The notes: generated by a model not told the origin, from the letters alone. A DNA stretch of 64,000 nucleotides from Longimicrobiales bacterium (GCA_965203485.1 OZ241892.1:640001-704000); one strand, 5' to 3'; shown: positions 39,155 to 49,278, counted from the first letter of the stretch. Translations and numbers: made by a program.

Positions 39155-39857
39155 GAGCGGCCCGCCCGCGATGATCCAGGCCCGGGGCCTGCACCGAACC
39201 TTCACCAGCGGCGGCCGCCCTCTGCACGTCCTGAACGGCGTCGACCTGGACGTCGGCGCCGGCGCGTTCGTCGCGATCGCGGGTCCGTCGGGAAGCGGCA
39301 AGACGACGCTGCTGGGCCTCCTCGCGGGGCTCGACCGTCCCACGGCCGGCCGGGTGATTGTCGGCGGTAGCGATCTCGGGGCCATGACGGAAGATGAGCG
39401 TGCCCTGTTTCGGGTCAACCATGTGGGGTTCGTGTTCCAGACGTTTCACCTGCTGCCTACGTTGACGGCGCTCGAGAACGTCGTGGTGCCCGTCGAGCTC
39501 GCAGGCAGGAGCCGGGGATCGGCCCCGCCGGTGCGCGAGGCGGCCATGGGGTTGCTCGAGCGCGTGGGCCTCGCGGACCGGGCCGGCCACTATCCCGTGC
39601 AGATGTCGGGGGGCGAGCGGCAGCGGGTTGCATTGGCGCGCGCGTTCGCCAACCAGCCGCGCGTGCTCTTCGCCGACGAGCCGACGGGGAACCTGGATGC
39701 CGCCACGGGCGCCCGCGTGGTCGCGATCATGGAGGAGCTGAACTGCGACGCGGGAACCACGCTCGTGCTCGTGACGCACGACGCGGAGCTGGCGGGCCGC
39801 GCCGACCGCGTCGTCCGGCTTGTGGGCGGACGCGTGGCCGAAGCAGGCCGGCCGTGA
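39153..39857 (+). CDS. ybbA: ABC transporter ATP-binding protein (YbbA/LolD-like); start 39153 or 39171
   Basis: GPSGSGKTT, GFVFQTFHL, MSGGERQR, FADEPTGNLD; divergent from tesA. Confidence 0.85.
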   Translation: MSGPPAMIQARGLHRTFTSGGRPLHVLNGVDLDVGAGAFVAIAGPSGSGKTTLLGLLAGLDRPTAGRVIVGGSDLGAMTEDERALFRVNHVGFVFQTFHLLPTLTALENVVVPVELAGRSRGSAPPVREAAMGLLERVGLADRAGHYPVQMSGGERQRVALARAFANQPRVLFADEPTGNLDAATGARVVAIMEELNCDAGTTLVLVTHDAELAGRADRVVRLVGGRVAEAGRP

Positions 39858-42388
39858 CTCCGTTCGCGCTGCGGATGGCCCCGCGCGAGTGGCGCTTCAC
39901 CTTCCGCCGCCTGGGCGTCTACATGACGTCGATCAGCGTCGGCGTCGCGGCGTTGGTGGCCCTCCACTCGTTCCGGGCCGACGTGGTGCGCTCGATCGAG
40001 GAGGACAACAGGAGTCTCTTGGGAGCGGACGCGCGCCTCTCCGCGGGGCGCGAACTCCCCGACTCGGTGACGGCCCTGCTCGACTCGCTGGCGGGCTTGG
40101 GCGCCGAGGTCTCGCGGGTCACCAGCCTGGCGTCCATGGCGCTGGCGGAGAAGAGCGGGCTCACGCGGCTGGTGCGCGTCAGGGGAGTGGAGCCTGGCTT
40201 CCCCTACTACGGCGCGGTGAGCACCGAGCCGCCGGGACTGTGGAGGCGGTTGCACGAGCTGGACGGCGTGCTCGTGGATCCGCCTCTCCTCGTGCAGCTG
40301 GACGTCCGGCCCGGCGACACGCTCGGGCTGGGCCGGGCGAAGGCCGTGATCCTGGGCACGGTGGAAGGCCTGCCGACCGACATCGGAATGCAGGCGGCCA
40401 TGGGTCCGCGCGTGTTCGCTGGGCGGGCGCTCTTCGAGGAGACGGGCCTGCTCGCGTTCGGGAGCCTGGCTCGCCACAGCGCGTACGTGCGGTTGCCCGC
40501 CGGCGTGGATCCGGACGCCGTCGAGGACGAGCGCGAGGACCTCCTGCGCGCCGCCGACGTGTCGTTTCGGACGCCCGCCGAGCACACCCGCTCGCTCACC
40601 CGCTCGGCGGACCTCCTGGCCGACTTCCTCGGACTTGTGGGGCTGGCGGCGCTCCTCCTGGGCGGGGTGGGCGTGGGCAGCGCGGTCAACGTGTACGCGC
40701 GCGGCAAGCTGACCCCGGCCGCCGTGCTTCTCTGCGTCGGAGCCACCCGGCGCCAAGTGTTCTCCACTTACCTGCTTCAGGCCACGAGCATGGGCCTCCT
40801 CGGAGCCGTGGCGGGAGTCGCGGGGGGCTTGGCCCTGCAACGGTTCCTGCCGCCGTTCGTGGGCGACGTGCTGCCGGTCGAAGTGACTCCGCAGGTCTCG
40901 CCCGCGGCGGCGGGGTTCGGGCTGTTCATCGGCGCTTGGGTGTCGTTCGTCTTCGCCCTGGTTCCGTTGCTGGGCGTCCGCAGGGTCTCGCCGTTGCAGG
41001 CGTTGCGCCACACCGCCGAGCCGCAGCGCCGGAGAGACTGGGCGCGGACCGCCGCACTGGCCGCGCTGGCCGCGACCGTCCTGGCGCTCGCGGTCTTCGA
41101 GGCTCCCAACCCTCCGACGGGCGTCGCCTTCGCCGTTGCGATCGCCGTCGGCATCGGCGTGCTCTGGTGCGTGGCCGTCGTCCTGGTCCGCGCCACGCGC
41201 CGGTTCTTCCCCCGGCGCGCGAGCTACGCGGTGCGGCAGGGCGTCGCCAATCTCTTCCGGCCCGGCAACCAGACCGTGGCGGTCACGCTGGCGCTGGGCT
41301 CCGGCGTCTTCGTCGTGGGCGCGATCTCGCAGCTTCAGCGCAACCTCATGCGCGAATTCTCGGTGGAGCTGGCGGCGGCGGACATGGTCGTCTTCGACGT
41401 GCAGCCGCACCAGGAGGCCGCCGTGGGCGAGCTGCTCGCGGAGTTCGCGGAGGGCGCGCCCCGGCTGGCGCCGGTGGTGTCGGCGCGCATCGCAAGGCTC
41501 AACGGGCGAACCACGGCCGACATCCTGGCCGACACGGCGACGAGGGACCGTCCTGCCCGGTGGGCGCTCCGCAACGAGTACCGAAACAGCTTTCGATCCG
41601 AGCTTCGCGCCACGGAGACTCTCGTGGCCGGCGAGTGGTGGGACGCCGCGCCCGCGGACCCGGCGCGGGCCCGCGTCTCGTTGTCGGAGGGGCTGGCCGA
41701 AGATCTGCGCGTCGGCGTGGGCGACGAGATCACTTGGTCTGTCGGCGGGATCGAGGTGGCCAGCGTCGTGTCGAGCCTGCGCGACATCGACTGGGGCGGC
41801 TTCGAGATGAACTTCATGGCCGTCTTCGAGCCCGGCGCGCTGGAAGACGCGCCGCGCACGAGCATCGCCGCCGCGACGATCCCGGGCGACACGGCCCGCG
41901 CGGAGTTCCAGCGGAAGATCGTGCGCGACCACCCCAACATATCCGTGCTCGACATGCTGGCCGTGCGCGAGACCGTGGAGTCCGTGCTGGACAAGGTGCT
42001 CGGCGTCGTCGCATTGCTGGCCGGGCTGTGCAGCGCCGCGGGATTGGTCGTCATGGCGGGGGCCGTCGCGTCCACGCGCGCGCAAAGGGCGGCCGAGGGC
42101 GCGCTTCTCCGGGCGCTCGGCGGCCGCGGACGCCAGATACGCATGATCCTCGTCAGCGAGTACGCGGCTCTCGGGTCCCTGGCGGCGCTGGCGGGCGGCC
42201 TGCTGGCGTTGGCGGCGAGCTGGCTGCTCGCCGAGCGCCTCTTCGAGATTCGCTACGTGCCCGCCCTCGACGCGGCGGCGCTCCTCTGGCTGGCCGTGGC
42301 CGGTCTCGCCGTTCTGGTGGGCATGGCCAGCGGCCTGGGCAGGGGGCGCGCCGCTCCCATAGCGGCGTTGCGGGCGACGGTGGACTGA
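39854..42388 (+). CDS. ybbP: FtsX-like ABC transporter permease (YbbP-like)
   Basis: LLGADARL, VEPGFPYYG, LRDIDWGGFEMNF, two FtsX-type TM blocks; tesA-ybbA-ybbP synteny. Confidence 0.85.
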   Translation: MTPFALRMAPREWRFTFRRLGVYMTSISVGVAALVALHSFRADVVRSIEEDNRSLLGADARLSAGRELPDSVTALLDSLAGLGAEVSRVTSLASMALAEKSGLTRLVRVRGVEPGFPYYGAVSTEPPGLWRRLHELDGVLVDPPLLVQLDVRPGDTLGLGRAKAVILGTVEGLPTDIGMQAAMGPRVFAGRALFEETGLLAFGSLARHSAYVRLPAGVDPDAVEDEREDLLRAADVSFRTPAEHTRSLTRSADLLADFLGLVGLAALLLGGVGVGSAVNVYARGKLTPAAVLLCVGATRRQVFSTYLLQATSMGLLGAVAGVAGGLALQRFLPPFVGDVLPVEVTPQVSPAAAGFGLFIGAWVSFVFALVPLLGVRRVSPLQALRHTAEPQRRRDWARTAALAALAATVLALAVFEAPNPPTGVAFAVAIAVGIGVLWCVAVVLVRATRRFFPRRASYAVRQGVANLFRPGNQTVAVTLALGSGVFVVGAISQLQRNLMREFSVELAAADMVVFDVQPHQEAAVGELLAEFAEGAPRLAPVVSARIARLNGRTTADILADTATRDRPARWALRNEYRNSFRSELRATETLVAGEWWDAAPADPARARVSLSEGLAEDLRVGVGDEITWSVGGIEVASVVSSLRDIDWGGFEMNFMAVFEPGALEDAPRTSIAAATIPGDTARAEFQRKIVRDHPNISVLDMLAVRETVESVLDKVLGVVALLAGLCSAAGLVVMAGAVASTRAQRAAEGALLRALGGRGRQIRMILVSEYAALGSLAALAGGLLALAASWLLAERLFEIRYVPALDAAALLWLAVAGLAVLVGMASGLGRGRAAPIAALRATVD

Positions 42389-42448
42389 CGGGCCGGCAAG
42401 GCGTCCGCAAGCGCCCGGCGCGGCGCGACCGCGGCCGGCCGACGCGCG

Positions 42449-43609
42449 TCAGGCGAAGAAGCGGCGGAGCCGGTCAGCGGCCTGTTCCAAGGTGGACCGT
42501 CGCTTGCAGAACGCGAAGCGGACGAGCTTGGCCCCGTCCTCGGGACGGCTGAAGAACGACGAGCCGGGCACGGGCGCCACGCCGCACTCCCGCGCAAGGA
42601 ACCGGCTGAACGCGTCGTCGTCGAGCGCGCTCAGGCGCTCGAACCCCGCCATCACGTAGTAGGCCCCCTCGGGCCTTCGGCAGTCGAAGCCGGCCTCGGT
42701 CAAGCCCGCATGGAGCAGCTCGCGCCGCGCCCGGTAGTCGGCGGCCATGCCGCGGTAGTACTCGTCGCCGAGCTCCCGCAGCCCCGCCGCGCAAGCTTCC
42801 TGGAGGGGCGCGGGCGCCCCGACCGTCAGGAAATCGTGCACCTTGCGGATCGCCGGCGTGATGTCCGGCGGCGCCACGATGGTGCCGATGCGCCACCCCG
42901 TGACGCTGAAGGTCTTGGACAGGCCCGACACGACGACGGTGCGGTCGCGCATTCCGGGCAGCCGGGCCAGCGGCAAGTGCTCGCCGTCGTAGACGATGTG
43001 CTCGTAGATCTCGTCGGTCACGGCGAGGACGTCCCGCTCGACGCACAGATCGGCGACGGCTTGGAGCTCTTCGCGGCCGAACACGCGCCCCGACGGGTTG
43101 TTCGGCGTGTTGATCACGACGGCCTTGGTCTTGCCGGTGACGGCGGCCCTCAATCGGTCCGGATCCAAGCGGAAGTCCGGCGCCGGCAGCGGAACGAAGA
43201 CCGGCTCGGCCCCCGACAGCGCCGCGTCCGGGCCGTAGTTCTCGTAGAACGGCTCCAGAATCACCACTTCGTCGCCCGGGTTGACGGTTGCGAACATGAC
43301 CGCCGCCATCGCTTCGGTCGCGCCGCAGGTCACGGTGACCTCGCGATCCGGATCGACCGCCATGCCGTACCAGCGAGCGTACTGCTCGGCGACCGCGTTG
43401 CGCAGGGAGTCGGTCCCCCAGGTGACGGCGTACTGGTTGACGTCGTCCTGAATGGCGCGGCACGCGGCGTCCTTGAGGAGTTGGGGCGCCGGAAAGTCGG
43501 GAAATCCCTGCGCCAGGTTGATGGCCCCGTGTGCGCGGGCGACGCGCGTCATCTCGCGAATCACCGACTCCGTGAACGAATGCGTGCGAACCGCAGTGCG
43601 ACGGGTCAT
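42449..43609 (-). CDS. PLP-dependent aminotransferase class I/II (YbdL-like)
   Basis: INLAQGFPDF, NTPNNPSG, DEIYEH, SKTFSVTGWRIG, VRFAFCK. Confidence 0.92.
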   Translation of the reverse strand: MTRRTAVRTHSFTESVIREMTRVARAHGAINLAQGFPDFPAPQLLKDAACRAIQDDVNQYAVTWGTDSLRNAVAEQYARWYGMAVDPDREVTVTCGATEAMAAVMFATVNPGDEVVILEPFYENYGPDAALSGAEPVFVPLPAPDFRLDPDRLRAAVTGKTKAVVINTPNNPSGRVFGREELQAVADLCVERDVLAVTDEIYEHIVYDGEHLPLARLPGMRDRTVVVSGLSKTFSVTGWRIGTIVAPPDITPAIRKVHDFLTVGAPAPLQEACAAGLRELGDEYYRGMAADYRARRELLHAGLTEAGFDCRRPEGAYYVMAGFERLSALDDDAFSRFLARECGVAPVPGSSFFSRPEDGAKLVRFAFCKRRSTLEQAADRLRRFFA

Positions 43610-43801
43610 CGGGCGGCGCTCGGTGAGCAAAGTGGAAGCGAGGGGCGTCTCGGGGCGAAGCGATGCCGGAACGGGACAAGCCGGGTAACGTAACTCGCTT
43701 GGGGTCGCGCGCGCCGAGATGTTGCAAGCTCGAAGGTCGTTGCTTTATGTTGCCAGCCCCGCAGGACTTGCCCCTCGCGCCCCGTCGGTGGTGTTCCTTT
43801 C

Positions 43802-45109
43802 GTGCGAAGCCCCGTTCAGATAGGCCACGAGTTCGGATTGGCGCTGGCCGCCCTCGACGAGCGGCGCCGCGTCATCGCCCTGCGACGAACCTTCGCCCGA
43901 ACCCCCGAGAGGCTGGCGGCGCTGGGCGAGGAGTTCGGCATCAGCCGCGAGCGGACGCGCCAGCTGGAAGCCAACCTGCGCCAGAAGATCGAATCGAGCA
44001 CACGCGAGTTGCTCGACCAAGCCGTCCGGTGGCTTCGGTCCGTGGTGGGCGCCGCCGCGCCGCTGGACAGCTTCCGGGAGGCCGTGGATCGGATCGTGGG
44101 CGACGCGCCTCCGGCTTGGCGGGTGGCCGCCGAGGTGGCGCTCATGGACGCCGCCGGCTACCGAGCGATGGACGGGGTGGCGGGAGACGCGTCCTTTCGC
44201 GCCTTCGTGGAAGAGATTCGCCAGCGCGCTCCGCGGTTCGCGGACCGGTCCCGCCTGGTCGACGAGCAGCGCCTTCGCGATGCCGTAGTGGCGGAGCCGG
44301 TCGCGGGTTGGGAGTCCGCGGTCCGCAATGCGGGACTGATCCGCATTCGCGGCAGGCTGGTCCTGCGCGACACTAGGCGGGCGCGCGTCGCCGTCGTGCT
44401 GGACGAAGCCGGGCGCCCGCTCTTGCGCGAGGAGATCGCCGAGATGGCGGACTTGGCCGACAACACGACGCTGTCGAGCCTGCTGTCGTCCGACAAGACC
44501 TTCGTTCGCCTCACCAAGGACAAGTGGGGCCTCCGAAAGTGGACCGACGAACCGTACCGAGGCGTCGTGGCCGAAGTCGTCAAGCGCATCGAGCGAGCGG
44601 GCGGGCGGGTCGAAGTCGATGCGCTTATCGAGGAAATCCCCGAACGCTACGGCGTGCTGCCGGCGACCGTCCGCAATTACTTGGCCACCCGCAAGTTCGT
44701 GGTCGAGGACGGCTTCGTGAGCGTCGCAGCCCGGCCGTACGTGGCCGTGCAGCCCCTCGAAGAGGCCCGCGACGTGATGTGGACGCGCGACGGCAAGCCG
44801 GTGTTGCGCTTCCTGGCCGGCGAGCACCATTTGCGCGGCAACAGCCAGAAGATCTCCATGGCGGTCGCGCAGCGCCTCGGCGTGGGCCTCGATCAGTCGC
44901 GCCGGGTCCCGTTCGCGTATCCGCGCGGCGTGGACGCGGCCTCGGTCATTTGGCGGTCGTACGATCCCAACGGTCCCGAGATGGGGTGCCTTCGCGAGGC
45001 GTTGCAGCGCGCCGACGTCCGCCCAGGAGAAGACGTGCTGGTTCTGCTCGGCAGGCGTGGACTTCGCCTCCTCGATCCTTGGACGGTGCTCTTGGTCGAC
45101 AAGCCTTGA
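43802..45109 (+). CDS. Sigma70 region-4-like HTH protein with downstream winged-helix (HARE-HTH/RpoE-delta-like) domains
   Basis: LDERRR...LAALGEEFGISRERTRQLE; VLDEAGRPLLREEI...FVRLTKDKWGLRKW; no sigma region 2 seen. Confidence 0.7.
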   Translation: MRSPVQIGHEFGLALAALDERRRVIALRRTFARTPERLAALGEEFGISRERTRQLEANLRQKIESSTRELLDQAVRWLRSVVGAAAPLDSFREAVDRIVGDAPPAWRVAAEVALMDAAGYRAMDGVAGDASFRAFVEEIRQRAPRFADRSRLVDEQRLRDAVVAEPVAGWESAVRNAGLIRIRGRLVLRDTRRARVAVVLDEAGRPLLREEIAEMADLADNTTLSSLLSSDKTFVRLTKDKWGLRKWTDEPYRGVVAEVVKRIERAGGRVEVDALIEEIPERYGVLPATVRNYLATRKFVVEDGFVSVAARPYVAVQPLEEARDVMWTRDGKPVLRFLAGEHHLRGNSQKISMAVAQRLGVGLDQSRRVPFAYPRGVDAASVIWRSYDPNGPEMGCLREALQRADVRPGEDVLVLLGRRGLRLLDPWTVLLVDKP

Positions 45110-45112
45110 GGC

Positions 45113-46402
45113 ATGGGCGGGCGCGGAGTCGGCGAGACGGTCGGCGAGGCGCCCCGCCGGACCGGGCCGCGGATGCTCGCCCTGCTGGCCGTGGCCGAGC
45201 TCCTGGCGATGTCCGTGTGGTTCACGGCATCGGCAGTCGCGGAGGGCTTGGCGACTCGATGGGATCCGGGGCCGGGCGCGCCGGCTCGCGTCGGTGGGCT
45301 CTCGGCGGCGGTCAACCTGGGGTTCGTCGCGGGCACGGGCGTGGCGGCCGTCCTCAACTTGGCGGATCTGCTGCGGTCGCGGACGTACTTCGCGGCGTCT
45401 GCGGTCCTGGCCGCCTTGGCCAACGCGGCCGTGCTGTCGGCGCCGAGCGAAGCGGGGGCGCTGGCGGCGCGCTTCGCGACCGGCTTTCTGCTGGCCGGCG
45501 TCTACCCGCCGGCGATGAAGATGGCGGCCACGTGGTTCCGCTCCTCCCGCGGGCTCGCGATCGGCGTCCTGGTCGGCGCGCTGACGGCGGGCAAGGCCGT
45601 GCCGCACCTGATCAGGGCGTTGCCCGGCGCGGGTGCGCCCGAAGTGGTGCTGGCATCGTCGGCGGGGGCCGTCGCGGCCGCGGCGCTGGTGGGCACGTTC
45701 TACCGGGACGGACCGTTCGCCTTTCCTCGCCGGCGCTTCTCGTGGGGACTGGCGCGGACGGCGTTGCGCCACCGCCCGACGCGGCTCGCGACCGTCGGCT
45801 ACTTGGGCCACATGTGGGAGCTGTACGCCGTGTGGACCTGGGCGCCCGTCTTCGTCGCCGCCTCGGCAGAGGCCGCGGGGGTGGCGCCGCAGTTCGGCGC
45901 GCTGGCCGGATTCCTCTTGTTGGCCGCGGGCGCGCCGGGCTGCGTGTGGGGAGGCTGGGCCGCGGACCGCGCAGGGCGCGAGCGGGTGGCGGCGTGGGCG
46001 ATGGCGGCGAGCGCGGCGTGCTCGGCCGGGGTCGGCTTCCTGTTCGGCGGACCGTTCGGGCTGCTCGTGGCTGCGGCGGTCGTGTGGGGGTTCTTCGTGG
46101 TGGCCGACTCGGCCCAGTTCAGCGCGCTGGTCACGGAAGTCGCGCCCGCCGGCGCGGTGGGCACGGCCCTGACGCTTCAGACGTGCCTGGGATTCCTGCT
46201 GGCTGCGGCCACGATCGAACTGGTCCCCCGCGTCGCGTACTCGGCCGGCTGGGCGTGGGCCTTTCCGCTCTTGGCCGTGGGGCCGGTGGCCGGGATCCGG
46301 GCGATCAGGCGGCTGGAGCGTCTCCGCGGCGTCCGCGCAACGCCAAGTAGACGCCCCAAGTCAGGACGGGAATCACGAACACGGCCACGAATCCCCACGT
46401 GA
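45113..46402 (+). CDS. MFS transporter
   Basis: LAMSVWF, LAGVYPPAMK, GHMWELYA, VVADSAQFSA; about 12 TM segments. Confidence 0.9.
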   Translation: MGGRGVGETVGEAPRRTGPRMLALLAVAELLAMSVWFTASAVAEGLATRWDPGPGAPARVGGLSAAVNLGFVAGTGVAAVLNLADLLRSRTYFAASAVLAALANAAVLSAPSEAGALAARFATGFLLAGVYPPAMKMAATWFRSSRGLAIGVLVGALTAGKAVPHLIRALPGAGAPEVVLASSAGAVAAAALVGTFYRDGPFAFPRRRFSWGLARTALRHRPTRLATVGYLGHMWELYAVWTWAPVFVAASAEAAGVAPQFGALAGFLLLAAGAPGCVWGGWAADRAGRERVAAWAMAASAACSAGVGFLFGGPFGLLVAAAVVWGFFVVADSAQFSALVTEVAPAGAVGTALTLQTCLGFLLAAATIELVPRVAYSAGWAWAFPLLAVGPVAGIRAIRRLERLRGVRATPSRRPKSGRESRTRPRIPT

Positions 46403-47402
46403 TCGTTCCGTACCCCTTCGCGATCAGGGGAATCAGCCCCGCCTGCGCGATGACCGCTGCCGCGGCCAGCAACCCGCCCGCCAGCGCGGCTCGCTTCCAT
46501 GCGGACAGCTCCGCGCCTCGTTCGCGCGCCGTGCGGGCGAAGCGCTCGTTGACGGCGTGCACCAGCCCGGCCCCCGTCTCGGCCAGCGTGCCGAACAGCA
46601 TCACTTGAAAGACTATCTGGAACGCTCGCGATCCGAGGAGATCGAGCATGTAGTTGACCGGGGCCTCCCGGCTCACGATCGCCGGGTACTCTCCGGCCAC
46701 CGCCAGCACGAAAAGCGCCGCGGGCAGGATCGCGACCGGGCCGGTGAGCAGTCCGGCCACGACGCTGTCGCGGCGGCTGCGAAGGTGGCGCAGCGTTGCC
46801 AGCACGGCCGGAAGCACGCCCAGGTTGTATCCCGCGTACGCGACTCCGCTCGTGAACCACGCGCCCTCGATCACGCCCGACGCGAGCGATTCCGTGATCG
46901 CAGGCCCGAAGCGGACCGCGCACCAGACGAAGAACGCGCCGTACACGACGTACAGCACGCCCGACCATCCCGTGAACGCCCTCTCGATCAGCTCGTTGCC
47001 GCCCACGACCAGCGCCCCGACCACCGCCATGATCGCCGCGACGCCCACCAAGTACGGCAACCCGAACGTCTGCCGCAGCATGGTCCCGGCGGCGGCCGCC
47101 ACCACGGCGAGCACGAGCAGCAGAAGCAGCACGTACAGCGCTTCGAACGCGACCCAGAAGCGTCCCAGCAGCGCCTTGAAGAAGCCGCGGTACTCGAACG
47201 TCCGGAACACTCGGGCGAACTCGTAGCTGGCCACGCACACGGCGCTCCACACGGCGGTGGACACGCCCATGGCCAGCAGGGCGCCCGCCGGCCCCCGCGC
47301 CAGGAAGAATTCCACGAGTTCCTGGCCAGTGCCGTACGCGCCCGCGATCACGACGGACTGAAACACGAATCCGGGCAGCAGGCAACGGCGCAACGCGCTT
47401 AT
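46305..47402 (-). CDS. YkvI-like membrane protein (start ATA 47402 or TTG 47393)
   Basis: LLPGFVFQSVVIAGAYGTGQELVEFF, LIPLIAKGYG; about 10 TM segments. Confidence 0.75.
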   Translation of the reverse strand: MSALRRCLLPGFVFQSVVIAGAYGTGQELVEFFLARGPAGALLAMGVSTAVWSAVCVASYEFARVFRTFEYRGFFKALLGRFWVAFEALYVLLLLLVLAVVAAAAGTMLRQTFGLPYLVGVAAIMAVVGALVVGGNELIERAFTGWSGVLYVVYGAFFVWCAVRFGPAITESLASGVIEGAWFTSGVAYAGYNLGVLPAVLATLRHLRSRRDSVVAGLLTGPVAILPAALFVLAVAGEYPAIVSREAPVNYMLDLLGSRAFQIVFQVMLFGTLAETGAGLVHAVNERFARTARERGAELSAWKRAALAGGLLAAAAVIAQAGLIPLIAKGYGTITWGFVAVFVIPVLTWGVYLALRGRRGDAPAA

Positions 47403-49186
47403 TTCGCGCGCACCCCCTTGGGCGCCACCCGGCGCTCGGCGCCGGCGATGGAGTAGTCCACGACGAGCGCCAGGACCGCCGCGGGCGCGGCCCCCGAAAG
47501 GATCATCGCGGAATCGCGCAACGCCAACCCGGCCACGATGGGGTCGCCCAGTCCGCCGGCGCCCACGAACGCGGCCAGCGTGGCGGTGCCCACGTTGATG
47601 ACCGCGGCGGTGCGGATGCCCGCCATGATGACCGGAGCCGCCAGCGGCAACCGAATGCGCGTCAGCAGCTGCGCCTCGGTCATGCCCAGCGCCCGGCCGG
47701 CGAGGACGGCGTCCGGGGCGGCTTCCACCAGCCCCGTGTACGTGTTGCGCAGGATGGGCAGGAGCGAATAGAGGAACAGAGCCGCCACCGCCGGCGCGGC
47801 GCCGATGCCGAAGAGCGGGATCATGAAGGCGAGCAGCGCGATCCCCGGCACGGTCTGCAGCAAGCTGGCCACGCGCAGCGCGGACTCGGCCCAGGCGCGG
47901 CGGCGTTCCAGCGCCAAGCCGGCCGGCAACGCGAACAGGACCGCGGCGCCCAGCGACCCCAGGACAAGGAGCAGGTGACGGACGGTCTGGTCGGCCAGCG
48001 AGGCTCGGTCGTGCCGCACCCGCTCGAAGAGCCGGATCCACCAGGCCCACGGACCTGCGGCCGGGCGCGCGTCCTCGGGCGCCGCGCCGGGCGCTGCCGG
48101 CGCCGCATCGCGGAGAAAGCCGCTCTCGGCCAGCAGCAGCCGCGCCGCGTCGGCCACGGCCATTTGATCGAGTTCCACGCGCTCGTTGGCCCGCCGCATC
48201 GTTTCCTCGTCGATCCAGCCGGCCAGCCGCGACAGCGCAAGCGCGGCCGCGGGCCTTTCCGCGTACAACCCCGGCCCTGCCAGCGGCGCCGCGTCGTAGG
48301 GCGGAAAGAAGGCAAGGTCGTCGCGCAGCACCACCAAGTCGTAGCGGGCGATGGCGCCGTCGGTCGAGTAGGCGTCGATCAAGTCCACCTCGCCCTGCGT
48401 CAACGCGGCGTACTTGACGGCCTGCAGCAACGCCCGCGTCTCGCCAAAGCGGATGCCGCGCGCTTCGAGCCCGGGCAGGCCGTCCGCCCGCCCGATGAAG
48501 CCGGGCGAGAATCCTCCCACGAGCCCTCCGGCCGACGCTTCCAGGTCCGAGAGCCCTCGGAGTCCGAGGGAGTCGGCCGTCTCCGGCCTCGTCGCCATGG
48601 CGTAGTTGTTCTCGAAGCCGAGCGGAGGAAGCCACCGCAGTCCCCAGCGGCTCTCGAACTCGAGCCCGACGCGGCGCAGCACGGCCGTCCGGTCGCCCAG
48701 CGCGTTCTCGCCCAGCATCGCCGCCAAACCCGTGCCCGTGTACTCCGGGTACACGTCGATCTCGCCCGCGACGAGCGCTCGAAAGACCAACTCGGTCTCG
48801 CCCAGGCCCAGCCTGCGGTCGACCGGATGGCCCGCGTCTTCCAGCACCAGGGCGAACACCTCGGCCAGCACGTACGATTCCGCGAACGACTTGGAGGCCA
48901 CCACGATCGGCTCCCGGCGGATGTCCGGGCCGCCGACGGGGCCGGCCGGCGCGCCCGCCGAGGACTGCGCCGCAACCAATGGCGCGGGCGCCCCCGGCCC
49001 GTTGCTCGCGGAGCGGCTCCCCGCGCCGTGCACCGGGCGCGCTGCCGGCCCGTGCGGGGGCGCCGGCAACGACGCCGCGAAGGTCTCGCCGGAGGCGGCG
49101 ATGTGCGCGACGCCGGCCGCGAGCAGCCAGGCCGCGAACGTCGCGCAGCCTCTGCGCCGGGCTCCACGCGCGCTCGTCGCGCCCAT
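47399..49186 (-). CDS. Osmoprotectant (Opu/OsmF-type) ABC transporter, fused substrate-binding plus permease
   Basis: VASKSFAESYVL, YPEYTGT, GFENNY, YSTDG, FFPPY, then LQTVPGIALL, ATLAAFVGAGGLG. Confidence 0.9.
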   Translation of the reverse strand: MGATSARGARRRGCATFAAWLLAAGVAHIAASGETFAASLPAPPHGPAARPVHGAGSRSASNGPGAPAPLVAAQSSAGAPAGPVGGPDIRREPIVVASKSFAESYVLAEVFALVLEDAGHPVDRRLGLGETELVFRALVAGEIDVYPEYTGTGLAAMLGENALGDRTAVLRRVGLEFESRWGLRWLPPLGFENNYAMATRPETADSLGLRGLSDLEASAGGLVGGFSPGFIGRADGLPGLEARGIRFGETRALLQAVKYAALTQGEVDLIDAYSTDGAIARYDLVVLRDDLAFFPPYDAAPLAGPGLYAERPAAALALSRLAGWIDEETMRRANERVELDQMAVADAARLLLAESGFLRDAAPAAPGAAPEDARPAAGPWAWWIRLFERVRHDRASLADQTVRHLLLVLGSLGAAVLFALPAGLALERRRAWAESALRVASLLQTVPGIALLAFMIPLFGIGAAPAVAALFLYSLLPILRNTYTGLVEAAPDAVLAGRALGMTEAQLLTRIRLPLAAPVIMAGIRTAAVINVGTATLAAFVGAGGLGDPIVAGLALRDSAMILSGAAPAAVLALVVDYSIAGAERRVAPKGVRAK

Positions 49187-49278
49187 GCAGCCGAGCCCCT
49201 CGCTCGTCGCGCGCGCCGGTCTCCGGGGGCGCGCCGCGCCCTGCCGTCCGCGCCCGCGTCCCCGCGCCGCCGCGCGCC

